Assembly (NCBI GenBank): GCA_020852155.1
Contig: JADZBJ010000253.1
Coordinates: 1-37,106 of the forward strand
Origin: Saprospiraceae bacterium
GTDB lineage: Bacteria; Bacteroidota; Bacteroidia; Chitinophagales; Saprospiraceae
DNA: 37,106 nt
Direction: 5' to 3'
Below the pieces are notes generated by a model, which saw only the letters and a program-made list of their open reading frames with translations, was not told the origin of the DNA and made no database searches. Position numbers and translations under genes: made by a program. Of the stretch, positions 1-8,010 are shown one piece after another (positions within the stretch are counted from its first letter, which is position 1; each line of letters opens with the position of its first letter).

Positions 1-1041
1 CAGCGTTTCAGCCTTGTCGCTTTGTAAGACAATGCTTTGATCGGGCTGTGCCGGATAACCGCCCAATACGGCCACCAAACCCTGATCTGTCCTGAATCCG
101 CTGGCATAACAGCGCTCAAACAGCACACCTTCGCGTATCAACGCACTGAAATTCGGACAAACGCCCGCTTCGCCGCCCAGTTCTTCAATGACCTGAGCCG
201 TCATGCTTTCCATCAGAATAAACACCAGATTGGGCCGCGAACTATCAGGCAGCATGGCCCACGGCTTATGATTCATGCCCGGCGTTATCATCAAATCAGT
301 CAGGGCATTTTTTGCCTGCTGATCGTCCATGAAATGATAGGCATTGCCGGCATTTCGCGCCTCCAGTTGGCTGTGAATCAGGTGCCAGGCTGTATTGGTC
401 GCAGCATGATTATCAAAAATATGATCGGAATAGGCTACGGCGCTTTCATTAATGGGCATTACGCCCACTCCCCCGCGAATGGCCAGTGCTGTCAATGCCA
501 GCAGGGGCAACAACCACAGCGTTTGCCAGCGACTGACCGCCAAATTCGAAAAAACACGACCGGCGACTCGTTTATAAACGCCTATGCCCATCAGCAAAAA
601 ACTGACGTACAGCAGCACACTGACAACCTTGAACACGCCAGACATGGAATCGAGCAGTGCGCGTGGTGTGCGCATATAAGCCAGCGCGCGATGATTGAGC
701 AGGGTGTCCCATTCTTCATACAGGAAAATATTGGCGCCAAATACCAGCACCAGAACACCCACCAGCAAATAGTTAAACCAGTGAATGCTTTTTTCAAAAA
801 ACGGCTGCGCACGAGCGCCTGCCACCTGCCCTGCCGCCCACAGCAACAAGGGAACCAGCATCAGGTAGCCCGCCATACTCATATCCAGCGGCAACGCGTG
901 GTAAAACGATGGCCATACGGACAATGGATGCTTGTCTGACCATCTCGAAAAAAGCCATAACACAAACCAAAGCCGGAATACGAAGAAAAACAACAACCAG
1001 AAGATGGCCAATCGAAATGGATAACGGAGTACGGATAACAT
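1..1041 (-). CDS. LtaS/MdoB-like sulfatase-family (alkaline-phosphatase superfamily) membrane protein; first 347 codons, 3' end runs off the left edge
   Basis: Absent from the ORF track because it is open at the window edge. Hand translation of the minus strand from the ATG (cat at 1039-1041) gives MLSVLRYPFRLAIFWLLFFFVFRLWFVLWLF..., with several hydrophobic helices, then ...SSRPNLVFILMESMTAQVIEELGG...SGFRTDQGLVAVLGGYP. The frame stays open to base 1 (1041 = 347x3). This is the layout of phosphoglycerol/LTA-synthase-type transferases. It starts 10 nt after the GH32 stop on the same strand. Confidence 0.7.
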   Translation of the reverse strand, partial: MLSVLRYPFRLAIFWLLFFFVFRLWFVLWLFSRWSDKHPLSVWPSFYHALPLDMSMAGYLMLVPLLLWAAGQVAGARAQPFFEKSIHWFNYLLVGVLVLVFGANIFLYEEWDTLLNHRALAYMRTPRALLDSMSGVFKVVSVLLYVSFLLMGIGVYKRVAGRVFSNLAVSRWQTLWLLPLLALTALAIRGGVGVMPINESAVAYSDHIFDNHAATNTAWHLIHSQLEARNAGNAYHFMDDQQAKNALTDLMITPGMNHKPWAMLPDSSRPNLVFILMESMTAQVIEELGGEAGVCPNFSALIREGVLFERCYASGFRTDQGLVAVLGGYPAQPDQSIVLQSDKAETL

Positions 1042-1051
1042 TTTCAGGTAT

Positions 1052-2614
1052 TTATTTCCAAACACTGTTCAAAGACTCAACCTCGTACTTCGAGATGCCC
1101 GGCGGTCGGCCCTGGCCAAACAGTCTGTATTCGTTAAAAGGCTTATTCGGGAAAAATGTTTCTGTCATGGCCAGCAAACCATTGTCCACAAACAGTTCTA
1201 CGGAGGAAACATCGGCGATGACCCTGAATTTAATACGGCCATTCACGGCGGTATAAGGCGCGGTATGCCGACCGGCGAAATGCTCCGAAAAATCGCTCAT
1301 TCCGGAACGTGTGCGGTCAATAAAAACCTCTTTTTTCGCCGCATCGTAGCCGATTTGAAGGACTTCATTGTCCTGATTATTGAGTTGAAAACCGAACGGA
1401 GCGACCTGCCCGTTTTCAGGCAATACAAATTCTATTTCGGCACTGAGGGGCTGGCGGAATTTTTCGGCCAAAACCCAGGGCGCAGCATTGGGCTGTTGCT
1501 GCAATGTTCGATTTTTCAAACCTGCAAATTCCCTGACGGGTTGCTGCACCAATTTCACCCCGTCGGCGGTGCGCTGAAGGGTGAGTTCGCGAGGCAGGGT
1601 CATGGCGCTGCGCCAGGTTTGAGTCGGGACTTTCTGGGCGTATTGCCAGTTGCTCATCCATCCGATAAAGAGGCGGCGGCCATCCGGTACATTATTCCAG
1701 GTGACGCCAGCGTAGTTGTCTTTGCCGTAATCCAGCCAGCGCAACGGGCCATTCGGGCTGTCGCTTTGAAATTTTTTCCCGTCAAACTGCCCTGTAAAAT
1801 ACAATGTCCCAGAACCGCCATTCGGGCCGCCCGAACCGAGGCTAAGCAGGAGCGTCCAGCGCTTTTCAGTTGAACCTTCAACGGGCAACTCAAATAAATC
1901 CGGACATTCCCACGGGAAACCCGGGCTATTGGCCAGCGGCCCGAAACGGCCGGTTTCTGTCCAGTTTTTCAAGTCTTTTGAACTGTAAAAACGAAGATGA
2001 TCCTTAACGGCCAGCACCATTGCCCAGCGTTTTTCGGCAGCGTACCAGAACACTTTGGTGTCCCTGAAATCTTTCAGCCCTTCTGTGTTCGGGATGACCG
2101 GATTGCCTTTGTATTTCGTCCAGGTTCGGCCTTTATCATTTGAAAATGCGATGCCTTGATATTGAAAATCATTTCGCGATGCTTTTTCACCAGCCATATC
2201 GTGATAAGTAAACATGGCCACCAGCGGCGGTTCACTCCCGGTCTGGAAACCGGAAGTATTATCAACATCCACCACCGCCGAACCGGAGAATATATAACCC
2301 AGTGTGTCCGGCGCGAGCGCGACAGGCAGGTGTTCCCAATGCAGCAAATCGCTGCTGACGGCATGACCCCAGTGCATGGGCCCCCAGACGATATCACCGG
2401 GATAATATTGATAAAACAGGTGGTATTCACCGGCATAATAGACCAATCCGTTGGGATCATTCATCCATTTTGCCGGAGGCGAAAAATGCAACTGCGGGCG
2501 ATGCGGCTCCTGATAGTTGCCAGTTGTGCGTGTTGTGCGGCAGCCTATATGCAGCAAGGCCATCAGGAGTGCAGCAGCGATGTATTTCATCATGAACATG
2601 TAATATTGTGACAT
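1052..2614 (-). CDS. Glycoside hydrolase family 32 (beta-fructofuranosidase/levanase-type), probable lipoprotein
   Basis: The 520-aa ORF carries the GH32 blocks WMNDPNGLVYYAGEYHLFYQYYP, FRDTKVFW (RDP block) and WECPDLF (EC block). The N-terminus MMKYIAAALLMALLHIGC looks like a signal peptide with a lipobox Cys. The true start is more likely the ATG at 2593 or 2590 than 2614. Confidence 0.9.
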   Translation of the reverse strand: MSQYYMFMMKYIAAALLMALLHIGCRTTRTTGNYQEPHRPQLHFSPPAKWMNDPNGLVYYAGEYHLFYQYYPGDIVWGPMHWGHAVSSDLLHWEHLPVALAPDTLGYIFSGSAVVDVDNTSGFQTGSEPPLVAMFTYHDMAGEKASRNDFQYQGIAFSNDKGRTWTKYKGNPVIPNTEGLKDFRDTKVFWYAAEKRWAMVLAVKDHLRFYSSKDLKNWTETGRFGPLANSPGFPWECPDLFELPVEGSTEKRWTLLLSLGSGGPNGGSGTLYFTGQFDGKKFQSDSPNGPLRWLDYGKDNYAGVTWNNVPDGRRLFIGWMSNWQYAQKVPTQTWRSAMTLPRELTLQRTADGVKLVQQPVREFAGLKNRTLQQQPNAAPWVLAEKFRQPLSAEIEFVLPENGQVAPFGFQLNNQDNEVLQIGYDAAKKEVFIDRTRSGMSDFSEHFAGRHTAPYTAVNGRIKFRVIADVSSVELFVDNGLLAMTETFFPNKPFNEYRLFGQGRPPGISKYEVESLNSVWK

Positions 2615-3659
2615 GAATCAAATGGCTTTATTCAAAATTTGGTGTTTTCTGGTTGCAATGATCGCAATTTCAGGAAAAAACGATCAACTTTTTGCACAAA
2701 CAGCCCACCCGCCCCTGCTATCCCTGACCCCGGCCGACACCTTGCACAAGGGCCGTCTGTGGCTCATGGGCACCACAGCAGCCGCAGGGTATAGTGCCAC
2801 AATGGTGGGTTTGTACCACGCCTGGTATGCGGATTTCCCGATCACGAAATTTCATACGATTAACGACAACCGCGAGTGGAATCAAATGGATAAAATGGGC
2901 CACTGGCTCATGTCGTATCAGGAAGCGCGCTGGACTTACGGGGCCTCCCGATGGATGGGATTCAAGCCAACCGCATCCGCCTGGATGGGTTTTGCCGCCG
3001 GAGAATTGATTCAGACTTCTTTTGAGGTTTTCGACGGCTTTTCTGCGCAATGGGGCTGGAGTTGGGGCGATGTTGCGTTGAATACGCTCGGGTCGGGGTT
3101 GTTTCTGGGACAACAACTTAAATGGAAAGAACAGCGAATTGTCATGAAAATGAGCGCCTGGCCCGTAAAATACAGCGACGAAAAACTATACCCGGTCTGG
3201 CCGGTGGGCAACACACAATACACGACCATGAGCGATCGCGCGAAGGAATTGTACGGCACAGGCCCGCTCAATCTTTTTCTGAAAAACTACAACACGCTGG
3301 TGGTCTGGGCCTCTGTGAACCCTCGTTCATTCAGTCATCGGGAAGATGGCTGGTGGCCTCGCTGGCTGAACGTAGCCGTTGGCATGGGCGCTGATAATCT
3401 TTTTGAAGGGTTTGGCTACACCTGGCAAGCCGACAAAACATGTGCTACCGGCGATTGTATTACTTATCAGGTGGATAAACAGCGTTTCCCGCGTTCGCGC
3501 CAGTTATACTTGTCACTTGACCTTGATTTGACACGCATTCCCGTAAAAAATCGCTTCCTGCGCTCATTGTTGTACACGGCCAATATCATCAAAATCCCCG
3601 CGCCGACGCTGGAATGGCATCAGCAAAACGGCCTTCGATTCAGACCCATCTGGTTTTGA
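2613..3659 (+). CDS. Secreted hypothetical protein, DUF2279-like (family name recalled from memory)
   Basis: A 348-aa ORF with the signal-like N-terminus MALFKIWCFLVAMIAISGKNDQLFAQ. The W/Y-rich motif YHAWYADFPITKFHTINDNREWNQMDKMGHW resembles the DUF2279 family common in Bacteroidota. Coding-like composition throughout. Confidence 0.6.
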   Translation: MNQMALFKIWCFLVAMIAISGKNDQLFAQTAHPPLLSLTPADTLHKGRLWLMGTTAAAGYSATMVGLYHAWYADFPITKFHTINDNREWNQMDKMGHWLMSYQEARWTYGASRWMGFKPTASAWMGFAAGELIQTSFEVFDGFSAQWGWSWGDVALNTLGSGLFLGQQLKWKEQRIVMKMSAWPVKYSDEKLYPVWPVGNTQYTTMSDRAKELYGTGPLNLFLKNYNTLVVWASVNPRSFSHREDGWWPRWLNVAVGMGADNLFEGFGYTWQADKTCATGDCITYQVDKQRFPRSRQLYLSLDLDLTRIPVKNRFLRSLLYTANIIKIPAPTLEWHQQNGLRFRPIWF

Positions 3660-3707
3660 TAAACAAAATTATGGCAACAGGAAGGTGCGTAGCACCGCAA
3701 CGTCGGT

Positions 3708-3751
3708 AAAAAAAGGCGCCGATGGTCACAATCAAACCATAGGCGCCTTTT
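3708..3751. terminator. Bidirectional intrinsic terminator hairpin
   Basis: The sequence aaaaaaaGGCGCCgATGGTcacaatcaaACCATaGGCGCCtttt is flanked by an A7 run on the left (T7 when read on the minus strand) and T4 on the right. It lies about 50 nt downstream of the 2613-3659 gene. Confidence 0.7.
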
Positions 3752-4065
3752 AAATCAGACTCAAATGGTCTGACCGGAAATGTGTGGAGAGGAAACCGAC
3801 CCTACCCCCCAGTGGATCGGTTCCTGCTACCACGAGGCTTAAGACCACGTTTGGCCTTAAATTTTTGGCCAGTTTCTCAGCCATTTTTTCCCAAGTGCTC
3901 AACAAGGCAATGGAGAAAAAACGACGATCACCAGCCAATAGAATATGAACTGCTGACTGGTAAGGGGCAAGGACTATGCCAAACAGTATCTCTTATTGCG
4001 GTAAGGCGGCGGTAATTATGTCAGATGGGTGACAAAAAATAGCATTGTAGCATTATTTCTCTGCT

Positions 4066-5457
4066 ATGAAAAACTTTAATCGGCAGTTAGAACACGATTT
4101 GCTACTTTCGCGCCTCGCTTTCCTTATGAATTTTCTTTTTCAACTGTTAGGTATCGGCGATCAGCCAAAGTCACAATTGCCCGACACGGCATTCGGGCGC
4201 TTTTCGGATGCCTACAAATCGGAGCAACAGCAAGCCTATTTTGACGAATCACTGCAACTGTTTGAAGAAGGCAAGCACCTCGAAGCGTACCGGACTTTTT
4301 TCGAGTTCCTGTACAATTACAAACGCGACAACCTCCAGCTGCGCGAAGAAAACGATACCCTGTATTTTCAATTCTGGCAAGGTTCGCAACGCATTAGCGG
4401 TATAGCCGATGCGCAAAAAGTGAGCGCAGAAAGTCGCATCGCCAAGGCCCGCGACCTGAATGTAGGTTTCCTGCGCCGCCTGATGGAGGCCAATTTTCAA
4501 TTGAAATTTTGCCGCTACGCGCTGGATAGCCAAAACAATATCTGCATCCGTTTCGACACGTACACCACCGACGGATCGCCGCAAAAACTGTTGTATGCCT
4601 TGCGCGAACTCGCTATTCAGGCAGACAAACAGGACGACCTGCTGCTGGAAGAGTTCAAAATGCTCGAACCTTTCGAGGAAAGGCAGTTCGCCCCCATTTC
4701 AGATCAGGAAAAACAAATCAAATACGATTACCTGCACAGCCAGATTCAGCAGGCTTTTGCATTGATAGACAAGGCACAACCCGATCCGAACAGGTATCCG
4801 GGCGCGTATGCCTACATGCTGCTCGCGCTGGCTTTCAAGATTGATTATTTAGTCAGGCCGGAAGGTTACTCCATGGATGTGCTGGAAAAAGCATATTCCG
4901 CCTACTTTGAAAAAAACAACCATACGCCTCAAATCAAGATCAATCTGGTGCGCCGCGAATTGCAAAAATTGCTCGACCGGCCACAGGAAGCCTTGAACAA
5001 TGAATTCTATCGCACCATCAGTACGTTCGGGGCTAATCCGGCCATCGGACACGAATCGGTGGTCAACCTGATCAACAGCGAATTGCCGAATATGGACTGG
5101 CCGCTGCAACAAAAACACCTGGAACTGGCCTTTGCCGTACCGCAATACATCGCTGGTTTTGCGCTGTTTCACTATGCGCCGCCGAAGCCCGTTCGCGAAT
5201 TGTTGCACCTGTTCTTCGAAGTGAGCGAAGCGCCTTTTTTCAGGTCGCTTGGTTTTGCCAATGAGTATCAGGTATCTACCGGGCAACTGAACAAAACGGC
5301 TATTCAAAAAGCCGTCAAGCAGGTACTGCATCGCAATAAATCGCACTACCCTTACCTCAAATACACACCCGAATCCCTGAATTACGAGTCCATGCCACTA
5401 TTCGGCAAGACCTTTTTTCAAATGATACGCGACCTAGACCTTGGCAGAAATGGGTGA
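4066..5457 (+). CDS. Hypothetical cytoplasmic protein with a YbjN/T3SS-chaperone-like segment and a long helical C-terminal region
   Basis: A 463-aa ORF with no signal peptide. Residues about 95-200 (LYFQFWQGSQRISG...VGFLRRLMEANFQLKFCRYALDSQNNICIRFDTYTTDGSPQKLLYALRELAIQADKQDDLL) match the pattern I associate with YbjN-like 'sensory transduction regulator' domains. An alternative start is the ATG at 4126 (MNFLFQLLG). Confidence 0.6.
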   Translation: MKNFNRQLEHDLLLSRLAFLMNFLFQLLGIGDQPKSQLPDTAFGRFSDAYKSEQQQAYFDESLQLFEEGKHLEAYRTFFEFLYNYKRDNLQLREENDTLYFQFWQGSQRISGIADAQKVSAESRIAKARDLNVGFLRRLMEANFQLKFCRYALDSQNNICIRFDTYTTDGSPQKLLYALRELAIQADKQDDLLLEEFKMLEPFEERQFAPISDQEKQIKYDYLHSQIQQAFALIDKAQPDPNRYPGAYAYMLLALAFKIDYLVRPEGYSMDVLEKAYSAYFEKNNHTPQIKINLVRRELQKLLDRPQEALNNEFYRTISTFGANPAIGHESVVNLINSELPNMDWPLQQKHLELAFAVPQYIAGFALFHYAPPKPVRELLHLFFEVSEAPFFRSLGFANEYQVSTGQLNKTAIQKAVKQVLHRNKSHYPYLKYTPESLNYESMPLFGKTFFQMIRDLDLGRNG

Positions 5458-6535
5458 TTTTGTTGACATATACCGGCAGACGATTGTACAGATTGCTACG
5501 CCATTCAGCACAGGCACAGGCTTTTTCCTGCCTGACCGTAACGTCATTGTGACCAATCATCACGTGATCGAAGGCAACCGTCAGGTTGTTATTGAAGGCA
5601 CTTGCTTCCCGAAGCAGATTGTAAGGGTGCTGTATATTGACCAGAAATACGATCTGGCATTCCTCAAAGCGCCCACCGACATTCAGCCCGTGCCCAATAT
5701 TACGCTCGGAACGCTCCGCGAAGCCCGGGTAGGCGATTCTGTGATGGCTATCGGGCATCCTTTCGGACTTAAATTTTCCGTAAAAAGGGGTATTGTTTCG
5801 AATGCTGCCGAGTTGATGAACGGCATACCGTATCTGCACATTGACGCGGCCCTCAATCCGGGCAACTCCGGTGGTCCATTGGTTAATGCAGAAGGTGAAG
5901 TGATCGGTATCAACACTTTTGTCATTAAAAACGGCGATAATACCGGCTTTTCACTGCCTGTACGTTACCTGAGCGAGTCGCTGGAAAATTTTGAAAAAGC
6001 GCAATCAGATAATGCCTGTCGCTGCACAGCATGCCAGAACGTCGTGACGCCCGAGACTGCGGATAATGAATTTTGCAGCCATTGCGGTACGCGTATTGAA
6101 TTACCTCAATCAGCCGATGAATATTCGGCGAGCGGCGTGCCACGTACCATCGAACGCCTGATCGCTCAACTGGGGCACAATGTCGAACTAAGCCGCAGCG
6201 GCCCCAATGCATGGGAAATCAAACATGGTTCGGCCAATATCGTCATTACCTACCACGCTCAAAGCGGACTTATGTCAGCCGACGCCGTGCTGTGCCAATT
6301 GCCCGGCACCAATATCAAACCGCTGTACGAATACCTGCTTCGCCAAAACTACAACAATGAAGGCATCGCTTTCAGCGTGAATGAGCAAGATATCGTGCTG
6401 TCACTCCTCATTTTTGACCGTTACCTCAACGAAGACACAGGCCTCTCACTCATGCGAACGCTGTTCGAACAGGCTGACCGCTATGACAATCACCTGGTAG
6501 AAGAATTTGGCGCTACCTGGAAGGTGGAGGCGTAA
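5450..6535 (+). CDS. Trypsin-like serine protease (S1C/HtrA-type catalytic domain) fused to a zinc ribbon and a C-terminal YbjN-like domain
   Basis: Catalytic-triad contexts are VTNHHVIEG (His), KYDLAFLKAP (Asp) and NPGNSGGPLVNAEGEVIGINTF (Ser). These are followed by CRCTACQ...FCSHCG (CxxC...CxxC). The last part is IERLIAQLGHNVELSRSGPNAWEIKHGSANIVITYH...LYEYLLRQNYNNEGIAFSV...LFEQADRYDNHL. There is no signal peptide and no PDZ domain. The ATG at 5450 overlaps the upstream stop (ATGGGTGA), and the track start at 5441 is a TTG. Confidence 0.8.
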   Translation: MGDFVDIYRQTIVQIATPFSTGTGFFLPDRNVIVTNHHVIEGNRQVVIEGTCFPKQIVRVLYIDQKYDLAFLKAPTDIQPVPNITLGTLREARVGDSVMAIGHPFGLKFSVKRGIVSNAAELMNGIPYLHIDAALNPGNSGGPLVNAEGEVIGINTFVIKNGDNTGFSLPVRYLSESLENFEKAQSDNACRCTACQNVVTPETADNEFCSHCGTRIELPQSADEYSASGVPRTIERLIAQLGHNVELSRSGPNAWEIKHGSANIVITYHAQSGLMSADAVLCQLPGTNIKPLYEYLLRQNYNNEGIAFSVNEQDIVLSLLIFDRYLNEDTGLSLMRTLFEQADRYDNHLVEEFGATWKVEA

Positions 6536-6536
6536 A

Positions 6537-6798
6537 AGTTGAAAAATTGTTGAAGTGGTTGAAAGTTGAAGTGGTTGAAAGTTGAAGGTTGGGTTTTTCC
6601 AATGTCCACAAAAGTTGTCCTCCTGAACGAAGTGAAGGATCTGCTGCCCACGAAGGGGGTACGCTCCACAACTGTCTGGCCAGATCCTTCACTTCGTTCA
6701 GGATGACAACTTTATTTACTGGGTCAACTTTCAACAAAATTCAACCACTTCAACCTTCAACAACCTTTCAACTTTCAACAAAATTCAACTTTTCAACC
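6537..6798. repeat. Composite palindromic element: GTTGAA-rich left arm, 30-bp inner inverted repeat, TTCAAC-rich right arm
   Basis: The left arm is 6537-6590 (gttgaaaaattgttgaagtggttgaaagttgaagtggttgaaagttgaagg). The inner IR is gttgtcctcctgaacgaagtgaaggatctg (6614-6643) against cagatccttcacttcgttcaggatgacaac (6681-6710), matching at 29 of 30 positions with a 37-nt loop. The right arm, 6725-6798, is made of ttcaac units. Confidence 0.9.
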
Positions 6799-6810
6799 AT
6801 TTCCCCGGCT

Positions 6811-7290
6811 ATGTCCGATCCATCTCAAACACCGCCGAATTGCTTTAGTCTCGAAGAAGTGCAAGCATTTCAGGCTTTTGAAAATCAGATTTTACAGGGT
6901 ATCAACTACTACGTCTGGCTGCACTACGACGAACAAGGCGCAGCGCATTTCCGCTTTTTGTTTGCCATACAATTCGTCACAGGTCCAGAACAGGCATTGA
7001 TGATTTCATCGGGCCAGGACTCCGAAGCCATTCGAATTTTGGACAACAACGAACTGATTGATACCGCGCGACAATTGCAGCAATTGCACGGACGCGCTAT
7101 GGTACAGGTCATTCCGGCTTCGGCGCAACCCTTGTGGGCAGACCTGATTGGTCAACCCTTAGAGGCAATCCGGTTGTCAAAAGATGAATCCGGGCTTTAT
7201 CTGAATGATGCCTTGCAACTGGATTTTGGCACGGCGAACATCACTATCGCCTTGCAGCAGGAGGGAGAAGGATTAACCCTGCTCCGGTAA
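6811..7290 (+). CDS. Hypothetical protein (about 159 aa)
   Basis: This is the in-frame ATG at 6811 (MSDPSQTPPNCFSLEEVQAF...) within track ORF 6589..7290. The first 74 codons of the track ORF are translated from the repeat element and are rejected. No recognisable motif. The 3' end overlaps the convergent LysE gene by 18 nt. Confidence 0.5.
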   Translation: MSDPSQTPPNCFSLEEVQAFQAFENQILQGINYYVWLHYDEQGAAHFRFLFAIQFVTGPEQALMISSGQDSEAIRILDNNELIDTARQLQQLHGRAMVQVIPASAQPLWADLIGQPLEAIRLSKDESGLYLNDALQLDFGTANITIALQQEGEGLTLLR

Positions 7291-7902
7291 AAACACGCGT
7301 ACCATCATGGCCAATCCAAACAACACCAAGAGCCAGCCTATCAGCATTTGTACACGTCGGATATGGTCAGGTGTCAGGAATTTGCGCAGACGTTTAGCGC
7401 CATAGGCTTTCAGGGTATCGGCCAGCACCAGCGTACCCAGCATGCCTGTAAAAAATACCAGCGTTTCCCGTGTATTCCAGTTATTGGGAATCAAAACCGC
7501 ACCTGACAAGCCAATCCAGAAAAATACAGTAAAAGGATTAATCGTATTCAATAAAAAACCCCTTACGCTCCACAGCCAGTATGGCTTGTGCCGGTTTTCA
7601 CGAACATGAAGCGGATTTTTTTCCGACTTTTTCTTCAGTAAAATGCCTGCTCCAAACGCAAATAAAATCAAACCTCCGGCAACACCTGCACTCGTCCGGA
7701 ATGCCGGCAAGGCTGCCAGACGCTCCAAAGACGACAAACTACTGGTGACAATGCCCATAAAAAGCAAATCGCTCGTCCAGATGCCAAAGGCTACTGAAAT
7801 ACCTGCGCGAAAACCCTGAACCAGCGCCGCCTCTACAATGGCAAACAACAGCGGTCCGATCAGGAAACTCAGTGAAATACCAAAAAGGACACCTTGGATC
7901 AA
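7273..7902 (-). CDS. LysE/RhtB-family amino-acid exporter
   Basis: A 209-aa protein with about 6 TM helices. The N-terminus MIQGVLFGISLSFLIGPLLFAIVEAALVQGFRAGISVAFGIWTSD is typical of the LysE translocator family. Confidence 0.8.
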   Translation of the reverse strand: MIQGVLFGISLSFLIGPLLFAIVEAALVQGFRAGISVAFGIWTSDLLFMGIVTSSLSSLERLAALPAFRTSAGVAGGLILFAFGAGILLKKKSEKNPLHVRENRHKPYWLWSVRGFLLNTINPFTVFFWIGLSGAVLIPNNWNTRETLVFFTGMLGTLVLADTLKAYGAKRLRKFLTPDHIRRVQMLIGWLLVLFGLAMMVRVFLPEQG

Positions 7903-7940
7903 ATTTTTCCCGGATTTAATTGATTAAATTTGTTGGTTGG

Positions 7941-7977
7941 GGGGATAGAGACAAGGCTCGCCTTGTCTCTATCTATC
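7941..7977. promoter_or_regulatory. Perfect 13-bp-stem hairpin in a divergent promoter region (operator or REP-like element)
   Basis: GATAGAGACAAGG (7944-7956), loop ctcg, then CCTTGTCTCTATC (7961-7973). Outer ggg/ccc pairing adds to the stem. It sits between the LysE start (7902, minus) and the Nudix start (8011, plus). Confidence 0.35.
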
Positions 7978-8010
7978 CCAACGCGCAAAGAAAATCAAAC
8001 CACCGATTCT

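Noticed and set aside
37-939. 300-aa plus-strand ORF at the left edge
   Set aside because: The translation is Q/H/R-rich with no motifs. The opposite strand encodes a convincing LtaS-like membrane protein that stays in frame to base 1. This ORF is its antisense shadow.
3785-3850. RNase P-like strings gaggaaaccg and ggcttaag
   Set aside because: They are only 40 nt apart and do not match CR-I (GAGGAAAGUCC). The genuine rnpB is at 26021-26421.
6513-6810. ORF 6513..6737 (minus) and the first 74 codons of ORF 6589..7290
   Set aside because: Both are read out of the palindromic repeat (the ..VILNEVKDL.. and ..SFTSFRMT.. peptides are mirror translations of the 30-bp IR). The real start of the plus-strand gene is taken as the ATG at 6811.
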